A model generated the notes under the pieces. That model was not told the origin of the DNA, did no database searches, and worked only from the letters and a program-made list of their open reading frames with translations. From Candidatus Methylomirabilota bacterium (GTDB lineage Bacteria; Methylomirabilota; Methylomirabilia; Rokubacteriales; CSP1-6): a stretch of DNA of 64,000 bases. The first letter of the stretch is position 1. Each line of letters starts with the position of its first letter. Positions 45,087-54,368 of the stretch are shown here, in pieces. The DNA is taken from NCBI GenBank assembly GCA_035315345.1, contig DATFYA010000187.1, positions 3,436 through 67,435 on the forward strand, given 5' to 3'. Both the position numbers and the translations under genes were made by a program.

Positions 45087-45959
45087 TTGGACCAGCTTCT
45101 CCAGCACCTGCTGAACGGGCTGCTGCTGGGCGCCACCTACAGCCTGCTCGGGATCGGGCTCACCCTGGTCTTCGGGTTGATGAACGTGGTGAACTTCGCC
45201 CACGGTGAGTTCTACACGCTGGGAGCGTACGCCGCATTCGCGGCCCTCACCCTGAGCTCGGTGAATTTCTTCCTGGCCATTCCCGTCGCGATCGTGGTGG
45301 GCGCGCTCGCCGGGGCGATCTGCGAGCGGTGCTTGCTGCGGCCGATGCGCGGGCAGTCCATCGACACGGTGATGCTGGTGATGATCGCGGTGTGGATCGC
45401 CATGCAGAACGCCGAGCTGCTGGGCTGGGGCGGGGTGGCCAAGAGCGTCCCGACCCCGTTTTCCACGCAGCCGCTGGTGCTGGGCGCGGTGTCGGTGGCC
45501 CCGCTGCGCGTCTTCGTGTTCGTGATCTCGGGTCTGCTCATCCTGGGCGCGCACCTGCTGCTGGCGCGCACCAAGCTCGGCCGCGCCATGCGGGCCACCT
45601 TCCAGGACCACGAGACCGCCGCGCTGATGGGGGTGAGCATCGAGCGCATCCACACCATCACCTTCGCCTTCGGCGCCGGACTGGCCGCGGCCGCGGGCGC
45701 GCTGCTCGGGCCGGTGTTCCTGCTCTATCCCTCGATGGGCGATCTGGCTTCGCTCAAGGCCTTCTCGGTGGTGATCCTGGGCGGCCTCGGTAATTTCGCG
45801 GGCGCCGCGCTCGGCGGGCTCGTGCTCGGGGTGGCCGAGGAGCTGGGGGCCGGCTACGTGTCCTCCGGCTACCGCGACGCGGTCGGCTTCCTCATGATCG
45901 TGGCGGTGCTGCTGCTGCGCCCCTCCGGCCTGTTCGCCCGCGCGGAGCGCGTGGGATGA
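45087..45959 (+). CDS. livH: branched-chain amino acid ABC transporter permease
   Basis: Track ORF (TTG start). LLNGLLLGATYSLLGIGLTLVFGLMNVVNFAHGEF pattern. Confidence 0.88.
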   Translation: MDQLLQHLLNGLLLGATYSLLGIGLTLVFGLMNVVNFAHGEFYTLGAYAAFAALTLSSVNFFLAIPVAIVVGALAGAICERCLLRPMRGQSIDTVMLVMIAVWIAMQNAELLGWGGVAKSVPTPFSTQPLVLGAVSVAPLRVFVFVISGLLILGAHLLLARTKLGRAMRATFQDHETAALMGVSIERIHTITFAFGAGLAAAAGALLGPVFLLYPSMGDLASLKAFSVVILGGLGNFAGAALGGLVLGVAEELGAGYVSSGYRDAVGFLMIVAVLLLRPSGLFARAERVG

Positions 45960-46909
45960 CCCGGGTCGGCCTGCTGCTCGGGCTGGCCGTGATCGCGACG
46001 GCGCCGCTCTGGGTGTGGAATCCGTACCAGCTGCACACGCTGATCATGGCCGGCATCTTCGCGGTGCTCGCCCTGAGCCTGAACCTGCTCCTGGGCTACA
46101 CCGGGCAACTCTCCCTCGGCCACGCCGCCTTCTTCGGCATCGGAGCCTACGCGACCGGCCTGCTCACCGTGAAGCTCGAATGGTCGCCGTGGATCGGGCT
46201 CCTCGCCTCCGCGGTGCTGCCGGCGATCGCCGGCTACGTGATCGGCCGCCTCGCGCTGAAGCTGCGCGGCGCGTACTTCGTGCTGCTCACGATCTCGTTC
46301 GCCGGCTGCGTCTCGCTGGTCAGCGTCAACTGGATGGATCTGACCAACGGTCCGCTCGGCATCCCGGGCGTGCCGCCGGTGGAGATCGCGCTGCCCGGCT
46401 TGCCCGCGCTCTCGCTGCGGACGAAAGCCGCCTACTACTACCTCGTGCTCGCCGGGGTGGCCCTCGCCTACCTGGTGTGTCTGGCCCTCATCCGGTCGCG
46501 CGTCGGCCGGGCGCTGGTGGCCCTGCGAGAGAACGAGACGCTGGCCGCCTCGGTGGGCATCGACGCCACCCACTATCTGGTGCTCGCCGCGCTCATCAGC
46601 GCGGGGATGGCCGGCTTCGCGGGCGGCCTCTACGCCCACTACACGCGCTTCGTGAGCCCCGAGGTGTTCCTGTTCACCTATACGGTGACCATGGTCATCA
46701 TGGTGGTCGCCGGGGGAAAGGGGACGCTGGCCGGGCCGGTGGTCGGCGCGGTCCTCTTCACGGTGCTGCCGGAGGCGCTCCGGGCCGCCACCTCGTGGCA
46801 GTGGCAGATGCTGCTCTACGGTGTGCTGCTGCTCGTGGTGCTCTTCTGCATGCCGGCGGGCATCGTGCCGACGCTGCGGGGGGCCCGGCTCCGCGGGAGG
46901 ACCTCGTGA
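45956..46909 (+). CDS. livM: branched-chain amino acid ABC transporter permease
   Basis: ATGA overlap with livH. LLLGYTGQLSLGHAAFFGIGAY pattern. Confidence 0.88.
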   Translation: MTRVGLLLGLAVIATAPLWVWNPYQLHTLIMAGIFAVLALSLNLLLGYTGQLSLGHAAFFGIGAYATGLLTVKLEWSPWIGLLASAVLPAIAGYVIGRLALKLRGAYFVLLTISFAGCVSLVSVNWMDLTNGPLGIPGVPPVEIALPGLPALSLRTKAAYYYLVLAGVALAYLVCLALIRSRVGRALVALRENETLAASVGIDATHYLVLAALISAGMAGFAGGLYAHYTRFVSPEVFLFTYTVTMVIMVVAGGKGTLAGPVVGAVLFTVLPEALRAATSWQWQMLLYGVLLLVVLFCMPAGIVPTLRGARLRGRTS

Positions 46910-47679
46910 CCACCCTCGAGGCCCGGGATCTCACCGTGCGCTTCGGCGGCGTGGCCGCGCTCGCCGGGGTGAGCTTCACGGTGGCCGCGGGCACCGTCAC
47001 GAGCCTCATCGGCCCCAATGGCGCCGGCAAGACCACCGCGTTCAACGTCATCACCGGCTTCCAGCGTCCGACCCAGGGCGTGGTGAGCCACGACGGCCAG
47101 CCGATCACCGGGTGGCGCCCGCATCGCATCGCCGCCCGCGGGCTCGTGCGCACGTTCCAGAAGACGAGCCTGTTCCCGGCCCTCACGGTGCGCGAGAACG
47201 TGCTGATCGGCCTGCACCTGCAAGGACGCGTGGGCGTGGTCGCCGCGCTCACCACCCGCAGGCGGGTGCGCGACGAGGAGCGCCGGCTCGGCGAGGAGGC
47301 CGACCGGGTGATCGACTTCGTGGGTCTCGGGGCGCGCCGCCACGAGACGGCGCCGGCCCTGTCCTACGGCGATCAGCGTCGCTTGGAGCTCGCGGTCGCG
47401 CTGGCGGCCCGGCCGCGGCTCCTCCTGCTGGACGAGCCGGCCTCGGGCATGACCGCGTCCGAGAAGCAGTCGGTGGCCGCGCTCATCGCGAAGATCCGGG
47501 AGCAGGGGATCACGGTGTTCCTGGTCGAGCACGACATGCGGCTGGTCATGGGCATCTCGGATCGCGTGCTCGTGCTGAACTACGGACGGCTCATCGCGGA
47601 TGGCGGCCCGGCGGCGGTCCAGCGCGACCCGGAGGTCATCCGCGCGTACCTCGGATCGGGGGCCCATGCTCACGCTTGA
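46906..47679 (+). CDS. livG: branched-chain amino acid ABC transporter ATP-binding protein
   Basis: GTG 46906 (GTGA overlap) within track ORF 46015..47679. GPNGAGKTT, LSYGDQRRLELA, LLLDEPASG. Confidence 0.9.
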   Translation: MTTLEARDLTVRFGGVAALAGVSFTVAAGTVTSLIGPNGAGKTTAFNVITGFQRPTQGVVSHDGQPITGWRPHRIAARGLVRTFQKTSLFPALTVRENVLIGLHLQGRVGVVAALTTRRRVRDEERRLGEEADRVIDFVGLGARRHETAPALSYGDQRRLELAVALAARPRLLLLDEPASGMTASEKQSVAALIAKIREQGITVFLVEHDMRLVMGISDRVLVLNYGRLIADGGPAAVQRDPEVIRAYLGSGAHAHA

Positions 47680-48370
47680 GGATGTCGGCGTACGCTACGG
47701 ACGCACCCGCGCGCTGGACGGCGTCAGCCTCACCGTGAGCGCCGCCGAGTTCGTGTGCCTCATCGGGGCCAACGGGGCGGGGAAGACGACCACGCTCAAG
47801 GCCATCTCCGGCCTGGTGCGGGCCGCGGCCGGGCGCATCGTGTTCGATGGGCGCGAGATCCAGCGCCTGGCGCCGCAGGAGATCCTGCGCCGGGGCATCG
47901 CGCATTGCCCGGAGGGCCGCCGGGTCTTTCCGTACATGACGGTGGACGAGAACCTCCAGATGGGCGCCTACGTGCGCACCGATGCCGCGGACGTCGCCCG
48001 CGATCGGGAGCGGGTGTTCGCGCACTTTCCGATCCTGGCCGAGCGGCGCCGGCAGCCGGCCGGGACGCTGTCCGGCGGCGAGCAGCAGATGCTGGCGATC
48101 GGCCGCTGCCTCATGGCGCGCCCGCGCCTCATCCTGTTCGACGAGCCGTCGCTGGGACTGGCGCCGACCGTCACCGAGTCCGTGTTCCAGATCATTTCGG
48201 GCATCCAGCGGGAGGGGACGACCGTGCTGATGGTGGAGCAGAATGCCTACATGGCCCTGCAGCTGGCCGGCCGCGCCTACGTCATGGAGACCGGCCGCAT
48301 CACCCTGGAGGGCCCGGCCCGCGACCTCATGCACAACGACCGCGTCAAGCACGCCTACCTCGGCGGCTGA
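47666..48370 (+). CDS. livF: branched-chain amino acid ABC transporter ATP-binding protein
   Basis: ATG 47666 within track ORF 47600..48370. GANGAGKTT, LSGGEQQMLAIGR, ILFDEPSLGLAP. Confidence 0.9.
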   Translation: MLTLEDVGVRYGRTRALDGVSLTVSAAEFVCLIGANGAGKTTTLKAISGLVRAAAGRIVFDGREIQRLAPQEILRRGIAHCPEGRRVFPYMTVDENLQMGAYVRTDAADVARDRERVFAHFPILAERRRQPAGTLSGGEQQMLAIGRCLMARPRLILFDEPSLGLAPTVTESVFQIISGIQREGTTVLMVEQNAYMALQLAGRAYVMETGRITLEGPARDLMHNDRVKHAYLGG

Positions 48371-48400
48371 CGACACGAACGAACGAACCCGCATGAACCA

Positions 48401-48460
48401 CGAACGAATGTCCGCCGATTGGGGGAGTGCGGGGGCCATGTCTGGGCCCCCGCAGCTGAA
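48401..48460. repeat. dispersed single copy (opposite orientation) of the 39.4-kb hairpin/repeat element
   Basis: The reverse complement reads TTCAGCTGCGGGGGCCCAGACATGGCCCCCGCACTCCCCCAATCGGCGGACATTCG. It aligns with 39469-39526 with a handful of substitutions and retains the 9-bp hairpin (48429-37 / 48445-53). Confidence 0.7.
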
Positions 48461-48475
48461 CAGGGGTCACGGTTG

Positions 48476-50827
48476 ATGGGCGCAAAGTATTTTGGTGCAT
48501 CGGTCAAGCGCAAGGAAGACCCGCGCTACCTGCGCGGCGAAGGCCGCTACGTGGACGACATCAAGCTGCCCGGCATGCTCCACGCCGCCTTCGTGCGCAG
48601 CCCGTACGCGCACGCCCGCATCACCGCGATCCGCCCCGAGGCGGCCCGACGGCTGCCCGGCGTCGCCCACGTGTTCACGTTCGCGGACCTGGAGCGCTGG
48701 ATGAAGCCGCTGCCGCTCTTCGGCGCGATCCCCCCGGGCCTGGCCGCGCGCGTGCAGGTGACGATGAGACAGGTCGGTCAGCTCGCCATGTGCCGGGACG
48801 AGGTGCGGCACGTGGGCGAGATCGTGGCCATGGTGCTGGCGTCGAGCCGCGCGGTCGCCGAGGACGGCTGCGAGCGGGTGGAGGTGGACTACGAGCCGCT
48901 CCCGGTGCTGGCCGACGTGATCACGGCCGGCGAGCCCGGGGCGCCCGTGCTCTATCCCGAGTGGGGCGACAACGTGGCGCTCTCATTCAAGACCGGCTTC
49001 GGCGACGTCGAGGCGGCGCTGCGCCAGGCCGATGCCCGGGTGCGGGAGCGCTTCGTCATCCCGCGCTACGTGGGCATGCCCATCGAGACGCGCGGGGTGG
49101 TCGCGCAATGGGATCAGCGCGACGGCAGCCTCACCACCTGGAACGGCACCCAGGTCGTGCACTTCGTCCAGCAGGGTCTGGTGGCCGCGCTCGGGCTGCC
49201 GCCGAGCCGCGTTCGCGTCATCGCCCCCGACGTCGGGGGCGGCTTCGGCACCAAGGCCAACGGCTATCCGGAGGACCTGCTCATCCCCGCCGCGGCGATC
49301 GCGTCACGCCGGCCGGTGAAGTGGACCGAGGATCGGCGCGAGCACATGATGGGCTCGGCGCACGCGCGCGCGCAGGTGCACGACATCGAGATCGCGGCCC
49401 GCCGTGACGGCACCATGCTGGCGGTGCGCGACCGCATCTGGGTCGATCTGGGGGCCTACAACTCCTGGGGCATCGTGCTGCCGTACAACACGGTCGCCCA
49501 TCTGCTCGGCCCGCATCGCGTCCCCAATCTGGACGTGGAGTGCCGCGGGATCGTGACCACCAAGACGCCCAACGCGCCGTATCGGGGCGCGGGCCGTCCC
49601 GAGACCGTCTTCGCGATGGACCGCATCGTGGACTGCCTGGCCCGCGAGCTGCGCCTGGACCCGGCCGAGCTGCGCCGGCGCAACTACCTTGCCCAGGCCG
49701 ACATGCCCTACGAGCTGAACATCCCGTACCGCGACGGCAATCCGCTCGTGTACGACAGCGGCGACTGCAAGGCCTCGCTCGAGGACGCGCTTCGTGCGGT
49801 CGGCTACGAGGCCCTGCGTGCCGAGCAGGCCCGGCTCCGCGAGCGGGGCATCTACCGCGGCATCGGTCTCTCCGGCTACGTGGAGGGCACCGCGATCGGG
49901 CCCTACGAGGGCGCGACCGTGAAGCTCGACGCCTCGGGTCATGCCACCGTGGCCACCGGCGCGTGCAGCCAGGGCCAGGGCCACGAGACCTCGTTCGCGC
50001 AGATCGCGGCGGACGCGCTGGGCATCCCGCTCGAGTGGGTGACCGTGGTGGGCGGCGACACCGCGGCCATTCCGTTCGGGGTGGGCACGTTTGCCTCGCG
50101 CAGCGCGGTGAACGCGGGCAGCTCGATCCACGAGGCGTCGGGCCGCGTGCGCGAGAAGATCGTCACCGCGGCGGCCGCCCTGCTCGAGGCCGCGCCCGCC
50201 GACATCGAGGTCGCCGACGGTGTGGTCTCGGTGCGCGGGGCGCCGGGATCGGCCACGCCACTGGCCGGGGTGATCCGGGCCGCGATCCCGACCTTCGCGA
50301 AGCCCGGTGTGGCCTCGCCCGATTTCGAGGCGACGGTCTATCACCATCAGCCCACCGTGACCTACACGAACGCGGTCCACGTGGCGGTGGTGGACGTGGA
50401 TCCGGGCACCGGCGCGGTGAAGCTCCTCCGTTACCTGGTCGCCCACGACTGCGGCAAGCTCATCAATCCGGTGATCGTCGAGGGCCAGATCCACGGGGGC
50501 GTCGCCCAGGGCATCGGCGGCGGGCTGCTCGAGGAGATGGTCTACGACGAGCAGGCCCAGCTCCTCACCGGCACGTTCATGGACTACCTGGTGCCGACCG
50601 CGATGGAAGTGCCCGCCATCGAGACGGTCCACCTCGAGTACCCGTCGCCCCGCAATCCGCTCGGCATCAAGGGCATCGGCGAGGGCGGCGCCATCTCGCC
50701 GCCGGCCGCCATCGCCAACGCGGTGGAGGACGCGCTGTCGCCCTGGGGCGTGCGGGTGACGCGCACGCCGCTGGGCCCGTCGGTCGTGCTCGGGCTGCTG
50801 GAGCGCGCCGGGGCGAAGCCGGCATGA
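48476..50827 (+). CDS. xanthine dehydrogenase/CO dehydrogenase family molybdopterin-binding large subunit
   Basis: ATG 48476 within track ORF 48419..50827. MGAKYFGASVKRKEDPRYLRGEGRYVDD N-terminus and a PYRGAGRPE active-site loop (not the form I CODH AYxCSFR signature). Confidence 0.88.
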   Translation: MGAKYFGASVKRKEDPRYLRGEGRYVDDIKLPGMLHAAFVRSPYAHARITAIRPEAARRLPGVAHVFTFADLERWMKPLPLFGAIPPGLAARVQVTMRQVGQLAMCRDEVRHVGEIVAMVLASSRAVAEDGCERVEVDYEPLPVLADVITAGEPGAPVLYPEWGDNVALSFKTGFGDVEAALRQADARVRERFVIPRYVGMPIETRGVVAQWDQRDGSLTTWNGTQVVHFVQQGLVAALGLPPSRVRVIAPDVGGGFGTKANGYPEDLLIPAAAIASRRPVKWTEDRREHMMGSAHARAQVHDIEIAARRDGTMLAVRDRIWVDLGAYNSWGIVLPYNTVAHLLGPHRVPNLDVECRGIVTTKTPNAPYRGAGRPETVFAMDRIVDCLARELRLDPAELRRRNYLAQADMPYELNIPYRDGNPLVYDSGDCKASLEDALRAVGYEALRAEQARLRERGIYRGIGLSGYVEGTAIGPYEGATVKLDASGHATVATGACSQGQGHETSFAQIAADALGIPLEWVTVVGGDTAAIPFGVGTFASRSAVNAGSSIHEASGRVREKIVTAAAALLEAAPADIEVADGVVSVRGAPGSATPLAGVIRAAIPTFAKPGVASPDFEATVYHHQPTVTYTNAVHVAVVDVDPGTGAVKLLRYLVAHDCGKLINPVIVEGQIHGGVAQGIGGGLLEEMVYDEQAQLLTGTFMDYLVPTAMEVPAIETVHLEYPSPRNPLGIKGIGEGGAISPPAAIANAVEDALSPWGVRVTRTPLGPSVVLGLLERAGAKPA

Positions 50828-51693
50828 AGGCCGCACCATTCGAGTACGTGGCGCCGGTCACCCTGGACGACGCGGTGGGCGCGCTGGCCGGCGAGGGCGG
50901 GGACGCCAAGGTCCTCGCCGGAGGACAGAGCCTGATCCCGATGCTCGCGCTCCGGCTGGCGCGGCCGACGCTGCTCGTCGACATCAACCACATCGCGGGC
51001 CTCGACGGCCTGCGCGAGTCGTCGGGCACGCTCGAGATCGGCGCGCTCGTGCGGCAGCGCCGTCTCGAGCGCTGGGCCGCGTCGCGCTCCGATCTCTTCG
51101 CCGAGGTGCTGCGCCACGTCGCCCATCCGCCGATCCGCAATCGCGGCACCGTGGTCGGCAACGTGGTCCATGCCGATCCCGCGTCGGAGCTGCCCGCGCT
51201 GCTGCTCTGCCTGGAGGGCGTCGTGGTCGCGCGCGGGCCCCGGGGCGAGCGCACCCTCGCGGCCGATCGGCTCTACCGGGCTCCGTTGACCACCTCACTG
51301 GGCGCCGACGAGGTGGCCACCGCGGTGCGCTTCGCCTTGCCGCCGGCGGGGGCGGGCTGGGGGTTCGCGGAAGTGTCGCGGCGGCACGGCGACTTCGCGC
51401 TGGTCGGCGCCGTCGCGGTTCTGGCCCGCGCGGCCGGCGGGCCGGTCACGCGCGCGCGCCTGGCCTTCTTCGGGGCCGGTGGCACCCCGATGCGGGGCGT
51501 GGCCGCCGAGCGGATCCTGGAAGGCCACGAGCCCACGCCGACCCGGCTCGGTGAGGCCGCGCGGGCGGCGGCGGCCGCGCTGTCGCCGGACGACGACATC
51601 CATGCCACCGCGGCCTACCGGCGGCGGGTGGCCGCGACGCTGGCCGAGCGCACCCTCGCGGCCGCCCTGGCGCGGTGCGGGAGCGGCGCATGA
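50824..51693 (+). CDS. molybdenum hydroxylase FAD-binding medium subunit (CoxM-like)
   Basis: ATG 50824 (ATGA overlap) within track ORF 49540..51693. PFEYVAP...[14 protein letters not shown] pattern. Confidence 0.85.
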   Translation: MKAAPFEYVAPVTLDDAVGALAGEGGDAKVLAGGQSLIPMLALRLARPTLLVDINHIAGLDGLRESSGTLEIGALVRQRRLERWAASRSDLFAEVLRHVAHPPIRNRGTVVGNVVHADPASELPALLLCLEGVVVARGPRGERTLAADRLYRAPLTTSLGADEVATAVRFALPPAGAGWGFAEVSRRHGDFALVGAVAVLARAAGGPVTRARLAFFGAGGTPMRGVAAERILEGHEPTPTRLGEAARAAAAALSPDDDIHATAAYRRRVAATLAERTLAAALARCGSGA

Positions 51694-52169
51694 GCCGGAC
51701 GATCCGGTTGACCGTGAACGGCCAGGAGCACGAGCGCGCCGTCGAGCCGCGCACCACCCTGGCCGACTTCCTGAGAGAGGACCTCGAGCTGACCGGCACT
51801 CACGTCGGCTGCGAGCACGGCGTGTGCGGGGCCTGCACGGTGCTGCTCGACGACGAGCCGGTGCGCTCGTGCCTCATGCTCGCGGTGCAGGCCGACTCGC
51901 GGCGCATCACGACCATCGAGGGCGTGGCGCCCGCCGAGGGCCTCCATCCCATCCAGGAGGCGTTCTGGGCCAAGCACGGACTGCAGTGCGGCTACTGCAC
52001 GCCCGGCATCGTCATGAGCGCCTGCGCGTTTCTCCGCGAGCGCCCCGACCCCTCGCCGGAGGAGATCCGCGAGATGCTGGCCGGGCACCTGTGCCGCTGC
52101 ACCGGCTATCACTTCATCGTCGAGGCGATCGAGGCGGCGGCCCGCGCGCTCAGGGCGGCGGACAAGTAG
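51690..52169 (+). CDS. (2Fe-2S)-binding small subunit (CoxS-like)
   Basis: ATG 51690 (ATGA overlap). [12 protein letters not shown] and QCGYCTPG cluster motifs. Confidence 0.9.
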   Translation: MSRTIRLTVNGQEHERAVEPRTTLADFLREDLELTGTHVGCEHGVCGACTVLLDDEPVRSCLMLAVQADSRRITTIEGVAPAEGLHPIQEAFWAKHGLQCGYCTPGIVMSACAFLRERPDPSPEEIREMLAGHLCRCTGYHFIVEAIEAAARALRAADK

Positions 52170-52193
52170 GACGCCATCGGTCGGCCGCGCGGT

Positions 52194-52805
52194 TTACCCG
52201 ACCAGCGACCGCAGGCGCGCCAGGGCGTCGGGGCCGTCGAACTGCAGCGTGCGGAGGCCGATGCGGGCAGCGCCCTCGATGTTGTCGGCGCGGTCGTCGA
52301 CGAAGAGCGCCTGGGGCGGCTCGAGGCCGAGGCGCGCGAGGCAGTGGCGATAGATCCGCGGGTCCGGCTTGGACAGGCCGACCTCGCAGGAGATGACCAC
52401 TGCGTCGAAGAGGCGATCGATCGGTCGCTCGCTCCGCAGCTTTGCCATGACCTCGGGCCCGCTGTTGGACAGGAATGCGGTGCGGCCGCCCCGGGCTCGG
52501 AACCCGGCGGCGAGCGCCCACACCTCGTCGTCGTGGACGAGCCAAGACGCGACATCCTGCTCGATCAGCCAGGCCAGGTCAAGCGCGTCGACGGCGCGGG
52601 CGGAGCCGACTGTGGCGAGCACCCGCTGCCAGTACTCGCGCGCGGGCAGCCCGGCGTCGTACGTCTGGCGATGCTGCCAGTAGGCGGAACGGAGGGTGTC
52701 CGCCGTCGTGCCGATGCGGGCCGCCGCCGGATCGAACCAGCGCTGGTCCTGCGGGCGGCTCAGGACGTTGCCGTAGTCGAGGATCAAGCCGGCCGGACGC
52801 GTCAT
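52194..52805 (-). CDS. HAD family hydrolase (subfamily IA-like)
   Basis: ATG 52805 within track ORF 52194..53453. [31 protein letters not shown] motifs. Confidence 0.8.
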   Translation of the reverse strand: MTRPAGLILDYGNVLSRPQDQRWFDPAAARIGTTADTLRSAYWQHRQTYDAGLPAREYWQRVLATVGSARAVDALDLAWLIEQDVASWLVHDDEVWALAAGFRARGGRTAFLSNSGPEVMAKLRSERPIDRLFDAVVISCEVGLSKPDPRIYRHCLARLGLEPPQALFVDDRADNIEGAARIGLRTLQFDGPDALARLRSLVG

Positions 52806-52861
52806 CGAACTTCCTTGGGGCCCGATGCTACGCGAAGACGCGCCCGGCCGTTCGCTTCGGT

Positions 52862-53332
52862 TTACCGGACCATGATGCCCCCGAAGGAGCCGTAGCCGTC
52901 CTGCCCGTAGCCGGTGCTGAAGCCGCCGGCGCAGGAGCCCACGACCTTCCAGCTGCCGGGCGACGTCATCGCGCGGAGCTCGCCCGCCATGCACATCGTC
53001 GCCATGGAGCGAGGCGGGCCGCCCGGATCTCGCGGCGCCGGCGGCGGCACCATGTTGCGGTACCGGATGAGGCCGGCTTCCGCGTTGACGAGGCGCTCGA
53101 TGGCCTCCCAGCGGCGGGCCTGCCGGATCTGCTCCTCGCTGAGGGCCGGCTTGCCGATGCCCACCGGGCCGATCCACTCGGCCGCGTCCCGATGCGTGGT
53201 GGGGATGTCGATCTTGTACTGGGTGACCCGGGTAACGCCACGGTCGTCGGTGTATCTCCACTGCGCGTCGGCGTGACCGGCCAGCAGCAGAAGACCGGCG
53301 CCGAGCCCGATCGTCATCGCAAATCGCTTCAT
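52862..53332 (-). CDS. secreted hypothetical protein (DUF4124-like N-terminal region)
   Basis: ATG 53332 with GAGGGAGAGGAT RBS, within track ORF 52862..53446. Signal peptide MKRFAMTIGLGAGLLLLAGHADA, then QWRYTDDRGVTRVTQ. Glycine-rich C-terminus. Confidence 0.55.
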   Translation of the reverse strand: MKRFAMTIGLGAGLLLLAGHADAQWRYTDDRGVTRVTQYKIDIPTTHRDAAEWIGPVGIGKPALSEEQIRQARRWEAIERLVNAEAGLIRYRNMVPPPAPRDPGGPPRSMATMCMAGELRAMTSPGSWKVVGSCAGGFSTGYGQDGYGSFGGIMVR

Positions 53333-53578
53333 ATCCTCTCCCTCTGAGGGTCGTCTCGACCCGGACTTGTGAAGCGTCTTGACCAGGATGGATGGCAAGA
53401 GGCAGGCCACCCCTGGAGACCTGGTGAATCGGCGCGTTACGCTCAACCCGCAATCATTGCGCCGGGAAGTCTCCCCCTATGCCCAGAAGGGAATTTCCCA
53501 TGTTGGCGACTCGGCCGGTGCCGCGAGGGGGCGTGCTACGATGCGGCGACCGAAATTCTGCACAAGGGGGCGCGAGGG

Positions 53579-54361
53579 GTGTCGAGGCAAGACGAGGTCC
53601 TGGTGACTCGCGACGGGCCGGTGATGACGCTCACGTTCAATCGTCCCGAGGCGCACAACGCGCTCACCTGGAACATGTACGACCGCCTCTACGAGACGTG
53701 TGAAGAAGTCGACCGCGACGATTCGGTACGCGTGCTGGTGCTGCGGGGCGCCGGGGGCAAGGCGTTCGTGGCAGGCACCGACATCAGCCAGTTCCAGGCA
53801 TTCGAGCGGGCCGAGGACGGCATCGCCTACGAGCGCGACGGCGACCGACGCATGGCGCGCCTCGAGGCGGTGCGCAAGCCGGTGATCGCACAGGTCCAGG
53901 GCTTCGCGGTGGGCGGCGGCTTCCGCATCACCACGTGCTGCGATCTCCGTATCGCCACGCCGGAGGCGCGCTTCGGCGCGCCGATCGCCCGCACCCTCGG
54001 CAACTGCCTGTCCATGGCCGCCTACGCACGCTTCGTCGACATGTTCGGCCCCTCGCGCGTGAAGGAATTGCTGTTCACCGCGCGGCTGCTCACCGCGGAG
54101 GAGGCGCACGCGGCGGGCTACGTGCAGGAGATCGTGCCGGCGGACCGGATCGAGGCGCGGGTGGCTACGCTGGCGCGCCAGATCGCCGACCACGCGCCGA
54201 TCACGCTGTGGGTCACCAAGGAATCGATTCGTCGGCTCTCCGCGAGCCGGACGCTGCCCGAGGACGAGGACCTGATCGCCGCCACCTACACCAGCGCCGA
54301 TTTCCGGGAGGGCGTACGCGCCTTTCTCGACAAGCGTCCGCCGCGGTGGACCGGCCGGTGA
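53579..54361 (+). CDS. enoyl-CoA hydratase/isomerase (crotonase) family protein
   Basis: GTG 53579 within track ORF 53369..54361. LTFNRPEAHNAL, VLRGAGGKAFVAGTDI, GFAVGGGF motifs. Confidence 0.88.
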   Translation: MSRQDEVLVTRDGPVMTLTFNRPEAHNALTWNMYDRLYETCEEVDRDDSVRVLVLRGAGGKAFVAGTDISQFQAFERAEDGIAYERDGDRRMARLEAVRKPVIAQVQGFAVGGGFRITTCCDLRIATPEARFGAPIARTLGNCLSMAAYARFVDMFGPSRVKELLFTARLLTAEEAHAAGYVQEIVPADRIEARVATLARQIADHAPITLWVTKESIRRLSASRTLPEDEDLIAATYTSADFREGVRAFLDKRPPRWTGR

Positions 54362-54368
54362 GAGCGCG

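Noticed and set aside
48419-48475. N-terminal extension of the Mo-hydroxylase large subunit from the track start at 48419.
   Set aside because: The extension (MGECGGHVWAPAAEQGSRL) is encoded by the dispersed repeat element. The ATG at 48476 gives the canonical MGAKYFGASVKRKEDPRYL N-terminus.
52170-52199. Bidirectional terminator between the convergent coxS-like and HAD genes (GGTCGG-N13-CCGACC).
   Set aside because: The stem is only 6 bp with a 13-nt loop, there is no U-tract, and one arm lies inside the HAD coding sequence. The evidence is too weak to call.
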